A stretch of DNA of 64,000 bases from a virus (Duplodnaviria; Caudoviricetes). Each line of letters begins with the position of its first letter. The first letter of the stretch is position 1. Positions 8,570-17,948 of the stretch are shown in pieces. The notes beneath the pieces are model-generated. The model saw only the letters and a program-made list of their open reading frames with translations. It had not been told where the DNA came from and did no database searches. The DNA lies in IMG/VR virus record IMGVR_UViG_3300028832_000130, positions 10,780-74,779 of that record, one strand, 5' to 3'. The position numbers and the translations under genes are program-made.

Positions 8570-9287
8570 TGTTGTTAATTCCAATTCCTCCGGCAACTCA
8601 TACGCTCTTGATACTGGCGAAGAGATATTGCTGATAGAAGCAGGGTGCAAGATGGCAGATGTAAAGAAAGCCATTGATTACCGTCTAGCAGATGTTGTTG
8701 GCTGTATAGTCACCCATTGTCACGGAGACCATGCCAAGTATGCCACCGAATACGCTAAGTTTGGTGTGCAGGTATACGGCCCAGAAGATATAGCAAAAAA
8801 GAAGGACTTTCCATTTGGCAAGTTCACGTCACTTACTGAGTCCATCACTAAGAAGATAGGCACATTTTCTGTTACTCCATTTGTCAATCATCATGACGTA
8901 CCCATCTTTGGCTACCTCATTTATCACAAAGACCTAGGAGTAATGTTGTTCTCCACTGATAGCTATAAGATTGACATGGCTCTGACTGGTATCAACCACT
9001 TCCTTATCGAAGCCAACTACTCCGACGATATCATCAAGGAGAATTTCAAAAACGGAAAACTTGACAAACATCAGATTGACCGTATCATGCTTTCGCATAT
9101 GTCACTTGACTACTGCATCAAGTATCTCCGTGATTGCAGTGCCGACAGAACAGCAAAGACTATCACGCTTTGCCACTTGTCAGAACGTAACTCAGACCCG
9201 AAAATCTTTCATGATGCAGTTGCTGGTGCCTTTGCAGTACCTACATTCATAGCACAAAAAGGATTAGTTGTTGAACTAAACAAATAG
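8559..9287 (+). CDS. MBL-fold metallohydrolase (probable nuclease partner of RecT)
   Basis: THCHGDH metal motif, HDV, TDS, IEANY, CHLS. Confidence 0.88.
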   Translation: MKLNVVNSNSSGNSYALDTGEEILLIEAGCKMADVKKAIDYRLADVVGCIVTHCHGDHAKYATEYAKFGVQVYGPEDIAKKKDFPFGKFTSLTESITKKIGTFSVTPFVNHHDVPIFGYLIYHKDLGVMLFSTDSYKIDMALTGINHFLIEANYSDDIIKENFKNGKLDKHQIDRIMLSHMSLDYCIKYLRDCSADRTAKTITLCHLSERNSDPKIFHDAVAGAFAVPTFIAQKGLVVELNK

Positions 9288-9290
9288 CTT

Positions 9291-9728
9291 ATGGCACGTT
9301 TCAGACCAAATGACCCTCGCGAATACCTTGTTTGTTTGGAGCTTATTAACAGAGCAAGAGAGTACAATAAGGAGGTGGAACTAAAATACTATCATCCAAA
9401 ACGTTCCAACAAACAGAACGCTTACTTATATTTCTGCTTGCAATGGTTCGCTCACGAATACAACTGCACAGTAGTTGAGGCAAAAGAGGTGTTCTTAAAA
9501 CGTATTGCGGCACCACACATCTTTGAACGTGAGTTGCAGGTTGGAAACGATACGATAAAATACTATCGCTCTACTTCTGACCTCGATACCGTAGAAATGA
9601 TGTCTGCCATTGAAAACTTCCGCTCATACGCAGACATGAATGGTCACCCAATACCAGATGCTAACGATGATGAGTCAATAAGATATTGTGAACGTGAAAT
9701 AGAAAAAACGCAAAGCTATGGAACGTGA
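9291..9728 (+). CDS. NinB-like protein
   Basis: KRSNKQNAYLY...YRSTSDLDTVEMMSAIE pattern. Confidence 0.7.
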   Translation: MARFRPNDPREYLVCLELINRAREYNKEVELKYYHPKRSNKQNAYLYFCLQWFAHEYNCTVVEAKEVFLKRIAAPHIFERELQVGNDTIKYYRSTSDLDTVEMMSAIENFRSYADMNGHPIPDANDDESIRYCEREIEKTQSYGT

Positions 9729-9885
9729 GGATATTGAACGTCTTAAATCACAGATGGCTCCAGTACTTGAAGCAGGTCGTAGAAGTTTTGGCAAAGAAGC
9801 GTATGATAATCATATCAAAGACATATTACGATACTTTGATTATGATGTAAACGACCCAATCGTTAAAGAAATATTTGACATATAA
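9718..9885 (+). CDS. Hypothetical protein, 55 aa
   Basis: Hand-found ORF MEREDIERLKSQMAPVLEAG...; fills gap. Confidence 0.6.
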   Translation: MEREDIERLKSQMAPVLEAGRRSFGKEAYDNHIKDILRYFDYDVNDPIVKEIFDI

Positions 9886-9898
9886 ATAAGTTATAACA

Positions 9899-10279
9899 AT
9901 GGAACTAACAGGAAAATGTATAGCAGTACTCCCAATGCGTTCTGGAGTATCGCAGAAAAACGGCAACCCTTGGGCTTCACAAGAATACGTTATCGAAGTG
10001 CCAGGACAGTACCCAAAGCGAATGGTCTTTAACGTCTTTGGTGAAGACCGCATCAAACAGTTTAATATTCAGTTGGGCTACACCTACAAGGTGGAGTTTG
10101 ATATTGATGCCAACGAGTATCAGGGCAAGTGGTATAACAAAATCAATGCCTGGAACGTCACCTGTGCCGACATCGTTCAGCCCGCACCCGCTCAGCCAGT
10201 TGCTGCACCACAGCAATCTGTCTCACCCTTCCCACCAGAGCAACCAGCACCAAGCGATAACGACGATCTTCCATTCTAA
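9899..10279 (+). CDS. DUF3127-type SSB-like protein
   Basis: MELTGKCIAVLP...WASQEYVIE...FDIDANEYQGKWYN; P/Q-rich linker ending DDLPF (SSB C-terminal motif). Confidence 0.85.
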   Translation: MELTGKCIAVLPMRSGVSQKNGNPWASQEYVIEVPGQYPKRMVFNVFGEDRIKQFNIQLGYTYKVEFDIDANEYQGKWYNKINAWNVTCADIVQPAPAQPVAAPQQSVSPFPPEQPAPSDNDDLPF

Positions 10280-10291
10280 ATATAAAAGACT

Positions 10292-10546
10292 ATGGATAAA
10301 GAAGATTTTAAAATAGTAAATAATGCGGCCGGTAACCTAGACATTATAAGTAGGGCTATTTCTACACTACAAAATTCTAATGAGCTATACTTTATCACAG
10401 ATTACAGCATCATGAATCGCTTCGACACTAGAGACGCAATAAAAATTCCACAATGCTTAATCGACGAATTTAAGGATAGGCTCATTGCTTACTATGCGGA
10501 AAGATATAATGTTATTGTTGAGGACTTAAAGAAAGTGACGTTATGA
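10292..10546 (+). CDS. Hypothetical protein
   Basis: ORF coupled by ATGA to next gene. Confidence 0.65.
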   Translation: MDKEDFKIVNNAAGNLDIISRAISTLQNSNELYFITDYSIMNRFDTRDAIKIPQCLIDEFKDRLIAYYAERYNVIVEDLKKVTL

Positions 10547-11163
10547 ATCAAGAGCAAATAAACCAAGCCTTTGAAGGCAGATGGCGAATCAAGGGCAAGT
10601 ATATTGAGGATGGTATAATCCTCTTCAATAGTAAGGAAGGTGTTGCAGAAGCCATCAAAGGCCTCTGCCGTGACTTTTTCACTGCCGGTATTATGATTGG
10701 CGACAAAAGCTGCATTTCCAATCCGCTAGACACCATCGTAATTGTAGACACCGACAAGTTAGTAAATGTCTTATCAGATGCAGAAGCCCTAAAGATGCAG
10801 CATGACATACTGAACAACCACGATACCCACAACAATCAGAAGACTTCCTTTGATATGTGGTGGGATATGTACGACCTCAAATGTAATCGAGGCGGATGCG
10901 AAAAGAAGTGGAACAAAATGACTGCAGCAGAGAAGTATGCTTGTGTAGCCGCCACTCCTGCATATGTAGCATCCACTCCAGAGAAACAATATCGTAAGCG
11001 TCCTCTTACTTTCTTAAATCAAAAAGCTTGGCAAGATGAAATCATTATCCGAAACAATCCCGACAGTCAACGGCAGCAACGCCTTACAGCCTCAGCAGAA
11101 CTTGTCGCCCGATATGCAGCAGAAGGCAATAGTCCTCAAAGCGAAGTACCCGAAGCTGACTGA
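10543..11163 (+). CDS. Putative replication initiator-like protein
   Basis: C-terminal FDMWWDMYDLK...KKWNKM...PLTFLNQKAWQDE resembles phage replication-protein C-termini; position after SSB. Confidence 0.55.
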   Translation: MNQEQINQAFEGRWRIKGKYIEDGIILFNSKEGVAEAIKGLCRDFFTAGIMIGDKSCISNPLDTIVIVDTDKLVNVLSDAEALKMQHDILNNHDTHNNQKTSFDMWWDMYDLKCNRGGCEKKWNKMTAAEKYACVAATPAYVASTPEKQYRKRPLTFLNQKAWQDEIIIRNNPDSQRQQRLTASAELVARYAAEGNSPQSEVPEAD

Positions 11164-11704
11164 CCTCTGTGTGGCTTACCATCCAGATAAGGCTACACAG
11201 TTCTCGCACTATCCTACCCGCTGCATCACTGGCGAGTCACCTACGCTGATAGATGTCAATCTGACATACTACAATACGTCTTCTATCGTATGGCTCATAG
11301 CCCAGCTTACCAGCCTACAGGAACAGCTCAACGTTCCAAACAAAATGACCGTCTATCAGATTGATGCCTGCGCACAAATCATTACTGAACGGTACGGCTA
11401 TCTCAAACTCTCTGAAATCATGCTGTTCTTTGCTCGTCTCAAAGGTGGACTATATAACGTTGACTGGCATGGGTATATCACACCGGACAAGTTGGTTACT
11501 GCGCTCCGCGAACACTTCATACCCTATCGTAACGACCTACTCCACAAGATAGAGAAAGACCGCAAGGAAAGAGAGCAAAAGAAGCAAAGAAACGCTCACG
11601 ATGTTATGACCCATCAAGAATGGATAGAAATAAAGATTATCACTGCCATGTACAACTCTGACTACATGGTAACACAAAACGACTTTGAATTGCTAGCATT
11701 ATGA
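11036..11704 (+). CDS. Putative helicase-loader-like replication protein
   Basis: YGYLKLSEIMLFFARLKGGLY; follows and overlaps the initiator-like gene (O/P-like arrangement). Confidence 0.5.
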   Translation: MKSLSETIPTVNGSNALQPQQNLSPDMQQKAIVLKAKYPKLTDLCVAYHPDKATQFSHYPTRCITGESPTLIDVNLTYYNTSSIVWLIAQLTSLQEQLNVPNKMTVYQIDACAQIITERYGYLKLSEIMLFFARLKGGLYNVDWHGYITPDKLVTALREHFIPYRNDLLHKIEKDRKEREQKKQRNAHDVMTHQEWIEIKIITAMYNSDYMVTQNDFELLAL

Positions 11705-11892
11705 CCGAAGAACAGTTTACCACACAAAGCGCCAAGCTCGTCAACGAGTTCTGGTTTTTAAAATCAAAACGCCTATTCCTTTCTGCCAAGGCTCGCATCC
11801 GCAAGATCGCTGACCTCGACTATCAGCACAAAGGCATAGACCGCGAAGTTACAAAACAGAAGTTCAACTACGACAAAATTAAGACAGAGTAG
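11701..11892 (+). CDS. Hypothetical protein
   Basis: ATGA-coupled 63-aa ORF. Confidence 0.65.
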   Translation: MTEEQFTTQSAKLVNEFWFLKSKRLFLSAKARIRKIADLDYQHKGIDREVTKQKFNYDKIKTE

Positions 11893-11894
11893 CT

Positions 11895-12108
11895 ATGCAA
11901 AAACCATTATTACTAGACATTATTCTTCCTAACGACAAGTTTCTTTGTCAGTTGGCTTATCGAGGTAGGCCAAAGATGATGATAAAAAAGTGATAGAGGC
12001 AAGATGCCTGTCTATGATGCAGAGGACTTGAAAGATTTTGTTCTAAAGAAGCGTCCTACGCTAAAACATGTTGATTTCAGAATCGAACTAACAGACAGAA
12101 GACTATGA
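11895..12108 (+). pseudogene. Small gene interrupted by a +1 frameshift in an A6 run
   Basis: Frame A MQKPLLLDIILPNDKFLCQLAYRGRPKMMIKK*; removing one A gives ...MMIKSDRGKMPVYDAEDLKDFVLKKRPTLKHVDFRIELTDRRL* whose TGA overlaps the ATG at 12105. Confidence 0.6.
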
Positions 12109-12341
12109 AAAAAATTATCCTATTAGCACTTACAGCCTTGATGATGGTGGGGTGCAATTATACACCAACAGACCACACTACAAGCGATGGAAAACAAGTT
12201 GTGCTTATTGATTCATGTGAGTATATAAAATATTCAAATGGAACTGGAGCACACTATTCTCACAAAGGCAACTGTCGTTTCTGCAAAGAACGCAGACAAA
12301 AGGAACAGGAAGAGTTGGTAATTAAGTTAAAGAAGAAATAA
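12105..12341 (+). CDS. Small lipoprotein
   Basis: MKKIILLALTALMMVGC signal peptide II/lipobox. Confidence 0.7.
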   Translation: MKKIILLALTALMMVGCNYTPTDHTTSDGKQVVLIDSCEYIKYSNGTGAHYSHKGNCRFCKERRQKEQEELVIKLKKK

Positions 12342-12343
12342 CT

Positions 12344-12586
12344 ATGGCTACAAAAGAAGAAATATTAAGTACATTTGATAGCGAAGAAGGTGCTTGGTGG
12401 GCTTACAAAGATGGCATACAAACAGGTTATAACGAAGCATTTAATTCTTTAAGGAATCAGGCAGCAATAGCAGCTATGCAAGGAGTAATGAACTTTTTCG
12501 GCTCTATTGACTACAACAAGGAGACTATTGCTAAGTTGGCTGTTGAGCAGGCGGATGCGTTAATTGAAGCACTTAAAAAGAAATAA
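12344..12586 (+). CDS. Hypothetical early protein
   Basis: LRNQAAIAAMQG...AVEQADALIEALK, a recurrent small-phage-protein pattern. Confidence 0.7.
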   Translation: MATKEEILSTFDSEEGAWWAYKDGIQTGYNEAFNSLRNQAAIAAMQGVMNFFGSIDYNKETIAKLAVEQADALIEALKKK

Positions 12587-12588
12587 CT

Positions 12589-12975
12589 ATGGCAATAATA
12601 AGTGAAGACTATTGTGATTTTGAAACAGCAAAATTATTGAAGGAAAAAGGTTTTAACCAAAACTGTGCTACTTATTATCTTGATGGGCAGGTTTGGCGTC
12701 ATTATCATGGTGAAGTAATCCCTAAAGGTAAGCAAATATATGCTGCCCCTACTCAATCTACGGCAATGAAGTGGTTGAGAGAAGTGCATGGATTACATAT
12801 ATCACTTGAACCATGTTATGACTATGACTCAATGCATGTTATTTTTCTTGCTTTTATACAGAATGTAGCAGATGTGCATGAGTTTATGGATGGTAGAAAG
12901 AATGTAGCCTCTCATCCTAATACTGAAAAATGTTGTGAGTTAGCAATAAAGTATTGTCTTGAAAATTTAATTTGA
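12589..12975 (+). CDS. Hypothetical early protein
   Basis: FETAKLLKEKGF...APTQSTAMKWLREVHGLHI. Confidence 0.7.
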   Translation: MAIISEDYCDFETAKLLKEKGFNQNCATYYLDGQVWRHYHGEVIPKGKQIYAAPTQSTAMKWLREVHGLHISLEPCYDYDSMHVIFLAFIQNVADVHEFMDGRKNVASHPNTEKCCELAIKYCLENLI

Positions 12976-12981
12976 ATAACT

Positions 12982-13383
12982 ATGGCAACAATTAAATCAT
13001 ACACAGACATCTCTCAGAGCAAGACTTTGAGTAAGATACTGCCACTTGAAAGTGCGGATATGTACTATGACATTACCGCATCAGATATTGACGGAGAAAA
13101 AGCCGTCGCAGAAGTATTGCATAGAAAACTTACAAAAAATGACTGTGAGGTGGTCGACCCATGCTGGTCGCTTGCAAGTTTGCTTGAACAGCTACCCTAT
13201 GAGTTGTGTGATGATGACGGTAATTCTGTCTACTTAGAAATTAATAAAGAAGACGATTTATACCAACTTGTATATACAGACCCTTACGGTGATTTTAAAA
13301 GTATAGAAACCGATAGGTATGAGCATTTTGTTGATGCTTGCTACGAACTTATACTAAAGTTACATGAACTTAAACTTTTGTGA
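12982..13383 (+). CDS. Hypothetical early protein
   Basis: YTDISQSK...PCWSLASLLEQLP. Confidence 0.7.
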   Translation: MATIKSYTDISQSKTLSKILPLESADMYYDITASDIDGEKAVAEVLHRKLTKNDCEVVDPCWSLASLLEQLPYELCDDDGNSVYLEINKEDDLYQLVYTDPYGDFKSIETDRYEHFVDACYELILKLHELKLL

Positions 13384-13395
13384 TTATAGACTACG

Positions 13396-13497
13396 ATGAA
13401 AGATATTATTCGTAAACTTGGTGAGTACATAAATAACCACACCTGTAAACCTTTAGAGAATATATACTATTTCTTATGTTGGATTTATTATAGATAA
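13396..13497 (+). CDS. Small hypothetical protein, 33 aa
   Basis: Hand-found ORF MKDIIRKLGEYINNHTCKPLENIYYFLCWIYYR filling the gap exactly. Confidence 0.4.
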   Translation: MKDIIRKLGEYINNHTCKPLENIYYFLCWIYYR

Positions 13498-13500
13498 TTT

Positions 13501-14505
13501 ATGGACTACGAAAAAGAATACAAGGATGCTCTTAAAAGAGCAAAAGAATTTATGAGTGTAAGAGGTGTATCGCCTTATGAAGATGCCCTTGAATGTGCTA
13601 AAGAGCTATCTGAAACTATCTTCCCTCAGCTTGCTGAAAGCGAGGACGAGAAAGTAAGGAAAGCTCTCATTGAAATGGTGCATGACACTACTGGTGATAG
13701 TCTTTGGATAGATTATAATGTTCACAAAGAAGATGCTCTTGCTTGGCTTGAAAAGCAAGGTGAGCAGAATAATGACAAAATAGTAGAAAAAGCAAAAACT
13801 GAGAAACAAAGAGTTTTGCTTACAGAAACAGACGGTAGTGCTAATATAGATTGGGATTGTCGTAGTCTTGATGATGTAAAAACTTTGCTGAAATGTGGAT
13901 TAGAGTTCATTCGCACTATCGAAATCAACAAACAGATACTAGCCGACAACAGATTTGGTGGGTGCTCTATTCGTGTCCCCACAAGGTATGACAAAGGCAT
14001 AAAGCAAGTTAAGCAGATACCTGCTGATAAGGTTGAACCAAAGTTTAAGGAAGGAAATTGGTATCAATGTACTAAAGACTTCTTTGGTAAAGGTGTTACT
14101 TTTGACAAGAATACTGCATATTATTGCGCAAAAGAAGGGTGTTTACAAAATGAATATGGATGTCACATAGCAATCGTTAAAGATTTGTATGATAATTTCA
14201 AATTGTGGACTATCCAAGATGCAAAGGATGGCGATGTGCTTGCTACGGAAGGGTTTGTGTTTATATTTAAAGAAATCAGAGAGGACAAAGGTGTTGGTTA
14301 TTTCTGTGCAAATGAAAACGCGCTGCATGAAGGTGATGATAACACATTTCATATTGCTAACCCAAACTCTCTTATGGGTAGTATTAATAATGATTTCACA
14401 CATTATACACCAGCAACCAAAGAACAGCGTGATACTCTTGAAAAGGCTATAACTAATGCTGGTTACAGATGGGATAAAGAAAAACTTAAATTGGAAAAAG
14501 TATGA
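13501..14505 (+). CDS. Modular hypothetical early protein (5' part of a module chain)
   Basis: ESEDEKVRKALI..., EPKFKEGNW, WTIQDAKDGDVL, PATKEQRD modules. Confidence 0.75.
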   Translation: MDYEKEYKDALKRAKEFMSVRGVSPYEDALECAKELSETIFPQLAESEDEKVRKALIEMVHDTTGDSLWIDYNVHKEDALAWLEKQGEQNNDKIVEKAKTEKQRVLLTETDGSANIDWDCRSLDDVKTLLKCGLEFIRTIEINKQILADNRFGGCSIRVPTRYDKGIKQVKQIPADKVEPKFKEGNWYQCTKDFFGKGVTFDKNTAYYCAKEGCLQNEYGCHIAIVKDLYDNFKLWTIQDAKDGDVLATEGFVFIFKEIREDKGVGYFCANENALHEGDDNTFHIANPNSLMGSINNDFTHYTPATKEQRDTLEKAITNAGYRWDKEKLKLEKV

Positions 14506-15305
14506 AAGAAGTATTTTTGCCACAAACAGATATAGGCAGGTGGATGGATATAGCCGACTTTCCGAATGAAATATGGAAAGATGTTATTGGTTTTGAAGAT
14601 GCTTTTCAAGTAAGTAATCTTGGCAGAATCAAGCGTAAGGCTTTTAACTTCAATATTTTCAATGGCGTAAACTCGTTTAGAAAGGCTCACATAGTAAAAC
14701 CGCAATTAAGGGTTGGTGGTTATTATCATGTATCATTATCATATAAAGGTAAAGTATATACGAAACTTGTTCACAGGCTTGTAGCAATAGCATTTATACC
14801 TAATCCTTACAACCTGCCACAAGTTAATCATAAAGATGAAAATCCGTCAAATAATTGTATAGATAATTTGGAGTGGTGCAACCAAAAGTATAATAGTAAC
14901 TATGGCACAAATGGGCAACGCATTTCTTCCAAACTAACAAATGGCATAAGAAGTAAGGTCGTAGAGCAGTATGGTAGAAAAGGAAATTTTATAAAAGAGT
15001 TTCCGTCTGTTGCAGAAGTGTCAAGGCTCTTAGGATTTCTAACAAGCAGTATTGCACGGTGCTGCAACGGTAGCAAAAAGTATTCTATAATTGGTGGGTA
15101 TCAGTGGAAATATAAAGATAGTAACAAGCAAATATTAAATTTGCCAACAATAAACAAATATTCACAAGACGGTACTTTAATATGTTCATACAATAGTGTA
15201 ACTGAAGCATCAGAAGATACAGGTGTACATCATTCAAGTATTTGTCAATGTTTTACAGGAAAGAAAAAATCAGCAGGAGGATTTATATGGAAGAAAGAAT
15301 TATAA
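14502..15305 (+). mobile_element. Free-standing NUMOD4-HNH-NUMOD1 homing endonuclease gene
   Basis: EIWKDVIGF...QVSNLGRIK (NUMOD4); VHRLVAIAF...VNHKDENPSNNCIDNLEW (HNH); two NUMOD1-like repeats. Confidence 0.9.
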
Positions 15306-15970
15306 AAGAAATTAACGTTTTACTTACTCAGCTATTCTCAAAGATGAAAGAATCGGGATATGAGTGGGATGCAGAAAAGAAAGAGTTGAAGAAGATTGAG
15401 CAGAAGCCTGTACCTAAGTTTAAGGTTGGTGACACTATCCGTTTGAAAAAATCCAATGCCGAATACATTATAGAAAGTATTTCTGACAGTCGTTATTATG
15501 GTAAAGGTTTTTCTATTCCTATCGTCGGCGGTAACAGAGATTACGAACTTGTAGAGCAGAAGCCTGCTTGGAGTGAAGAGGATAGAGAAATGAGAATGAA
15601 AGTTCTCAAATATCTATCTACCCGTTGCAGTGTTAATGAATATGAGGAAGCCGAAAACTGGCTCAAATCTCTCAAAGAAAGAGTGCAGCCACTACCAAAG
15701 CAAGAGTGGAGTGAAGAGGATGAAAGAAAAATGAATTGGATTATAGCCATATTACAAAACAGCACAATGCGTGATGCAAACATGAGAGACGCAAACGAAG
15801 GTGCTGAGAACTGGCTCAAATCCCTCAGACCTCAGAACACTTGGAAGCCGAGTGACCGAGAACTTGGTGCAATACTTACGGCGATAGGTGATGAAAGACA
15901 AAAAAGCAGTGATGTGGCAAAAGACCTGCTAAATATTTATCAACAATTAAAGAAACTAAGTGAGGAATAG
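15287..15970 (+). CDS. Modular hypothetical protein with WSEEDE repeats
   Basis: GYEWDAEKKELKKIEQKP, PKFKVGD, two W-SEED...ENWLKSL repeats, WKPS; ATG 15287 preferred. Confidence 0.75.
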   Translation: MEERIIKEINVLLTQLFSKMKESGYEWDAEKKELKKIEQKPVPKFKVGDTIRLKKSNAEYIIESISDSRYYGKGFSIPIVGGNRDYELVEQKPAWSEEDREMRMKVLKYLSTRCSVNEYEEAENWLKSLKERVQPLPKQEWSEEDERKMNWIIAILQNSTMRDANMRDANEGAENWLKSLRPQNTWKPSDRELGAILTAIGDERQKSSDVAKDLLNIYQQLKKLSEE

Positions 15971-15973
15971 GTT

Positions 15974-16222
15974 ATGAACATTTTTAGAATATCAAGTCAA
16001 CATCGTATAAACATGAAATATTGGACTTTTTGCGGTGACGATTATGGTTATGGTCTTTTAAAGGAAAGAAAGCCAAGGGAAGTAGCGATAAGTATTATTG
16101 CTCAAGTCTTTAATGGACAAGATATAGATAATTTTCAATTTGCCTACAAACCACATTATTATAGAGGACAAAACAACTTGCAAGACAGAATTGAAGTGTA
16201 TTGTAGAAAAATAAAGTTATGA
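15974..16222 (+). CDS. Hypothetical protein
   Basis: Coupled ORF. Confidence 0.6.
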   Translation: MNIFRISSQHRINMKYWTFCGDDYGYGLLKERKPREVAISIIAQVFNGQDIDNFQFAYKPHYYRGQNNLQDRIEVYCRKIKL

Positions 16223-16671
16223 AAGCAAACGAAGCGCCAGAGAAGATTTATCTCTTTGAAAATTCTATAAATAATATACTTAGCTATAGGGGAGTATCAT
16301 TATCTAAAAGGAGTGACGAGAATGATATTGAATATATCCGCACTAATGCCTTTATCGAAAAGGCACTGAAATGGTACTGTCTTGACTGCGAGTGCAACGA
16401 TAATTGCAACGCTCTACATAATTGCTTTTTCAAGAGTGAGTTTAAGCGTTATTTAGAGGGCGCAGAAAATGCGCTCCCACCAAAATTCAAGAATGCATTA
16501 AATCCTGATGGCAGCACCTCAGATAACTACAGATACAGACACTTTATTGGTGTAATGAAAGACAAGTTTATCGAGAAGGCTTGTGCTTGGATAAAGTATA
16601 ACAATAATAATGGTGGTTGCCTTTTTGACGGTTGGGAAGATGATTTCAAAAACTATATGAAAGGAGAGTAA
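16219..16671 (+). CDS. Hypothetical protein
   Basis: APEKIYL...DIEYIR...FIEKA repeated twice. Confidence 0.7.
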   Translation: MKANEAPEKIYLFENSINNILSYRGVSLSKRSDENDIEYIRTNAFIEKALKWYCLDCECNDNCNALHNCFFKSEFKRYLEGAENALPPKFKNALNPDGSTSDNYRYRHFIGVMKDKFIEKACAWIKYNNNNGGCLFDGWEDDFKNYMKGE

Positions 16672-16674
16672 GGT

Positions 16675-16917
16675 ATGAAAGTAGGACGTGATTATGCGTG
16701 GTGGGTAAATTACTCGTTTACTTACGAATGGCTTGAAGAAGAGAGTGGCGAATGGGTTTCAGACAGAGATTTTGAAGCAGAGCGTTTTTACTGCAACAAA
16801 AGGAATATAAAGAAAGAAGCAGAGAAAAAAGCGGTTCAATCAATGAATGGCTTAAAATATCGCAATCTCGAAGTGACTATCAACGATTGTTATAAAACTA
16901 CAACAGAAGAAATTTAA
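16675..16917 (+). CDS. Hypothetical protein
   Basis: AAGGTATG context, 80 aa. Confidence 0.65.
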   Translation: MKVGRDYAWWVNYSFTYEWLEEESGEWVSDRDFEAERFYCNKRNIKKEAEKKAVQSMNGLKYRNLEVTINDCYKTTTEEI

Positions 16918-16920
16918 GTT

Positions 16921-17253
16921 ATGGTACAGTTAATAGACAAAGACGCTTTAGTAGCGGAGATAGAGAGGCTGAAAGCGGATGCCTTACAAAAGAAAAGTCA
17001 ATGCAAAAGAAGCGGTTTAGAAAGGATGGTGCACAAAATAAGTGCTTACAATAAAATGCTTGCATTCATTTCCACCCTTGAAGTGAAAGAGGTGGACTTA
17101 GACTTCCAAAGGTTTGCAAAAGAAATGGATGCAATTTTCGCATTGCCATCTTCGGAAACAAAGAATACAGAAGAAGAACCGCTAAATTGGGAATATTCTA
17201 TTGCTAAACATTTTTATTCACTTGGATTAGCACAGAAAGGAGAAAAGGTATGA
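16921..17253 (+). CDS. Hypothetical protein
   Basis: LIDKDALVAEIER...IAKHFYSLGL. Confidence 0.7.
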   Translation: MVQLIDKDALVAEIERLKADALQKKSQCKRSGLERMVHKISAYNKMLAFISTLEVKEVDLDFQRFAKEMDAIFALPSSETKNTEEEPLNWEYSIAKHFYSLGLAQKGEKV

Positions 17254-17948
17254 CAGACAAAGAACACAGAACTTACTATGTCTATAAGCACACGTTGCCT
17301 GATGGAAGATGCTATATTGGTGCTACTTATCGTGGTATTGATAGGTGGGGCAAAAACGGTAATGGCTATAGATTAGACAAAGTGTTTTATCCATTAATTA
17401 AACAATTTGGATGGAATAACATAATACATGAAATTCTATATTCAAATCTTACCCAAAAAGAAGCAAGAGAAAAAGAAAAAGCTCTTATAATAGAGGCACA
17501 AGAAAAAGGGATAGCTATAAATAAACAAAGAGGTGGTTATGATATTCTTAATAAAGAACTTCTTGTACAGATTGCTGGATTACGTAAATTTGGCTTGTCT
17601 TTTAGAGAGATTGGAGAACTTTATCAAATAGAAACATCCACCGCCTCTTTTGCTCTGTATAATAAAACTTATTTAAAGTATTATAGTGAAGAAGAGTTCT
17701 TTGATAAAGTAACATCGTTTGTTGAACAAAACCGAGGTAAGTATCATCGAGAAGATGGGAAGACTTTTAATACCAACGGAGTGCCGTCAAGAATAATTAT
17801 TCAGAAAAACAAATCAGGTATTATTGTTGGAGAGTATGAGTCTATTACTGCGGCTGCACAAGCAAATGGAGTCTTACATACATCTATAGTAAATAATTTA
17901 AAAGGTCGTTCTAAATATTGTGGAGGGTATAAGTATGAGTACAAGTAA
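17250..17948 (+). mobile_element. Free-standing GIY-YIG homing endonuclease gene with NUMOD1-like C-terminus
   Basis: YYVYKHTLPDGRCYIGAT...RW...AREKEKALI (GIY-YIG core); IVGEYESITAAA...CGGYKYEY. Confidence 0.85.

Noticed and set aside
14437-15340. Group I intron
   Set aside because: Splice-like boundaries exist, but too little non-coding sequence and no recognisable P7 core; not called as a feature
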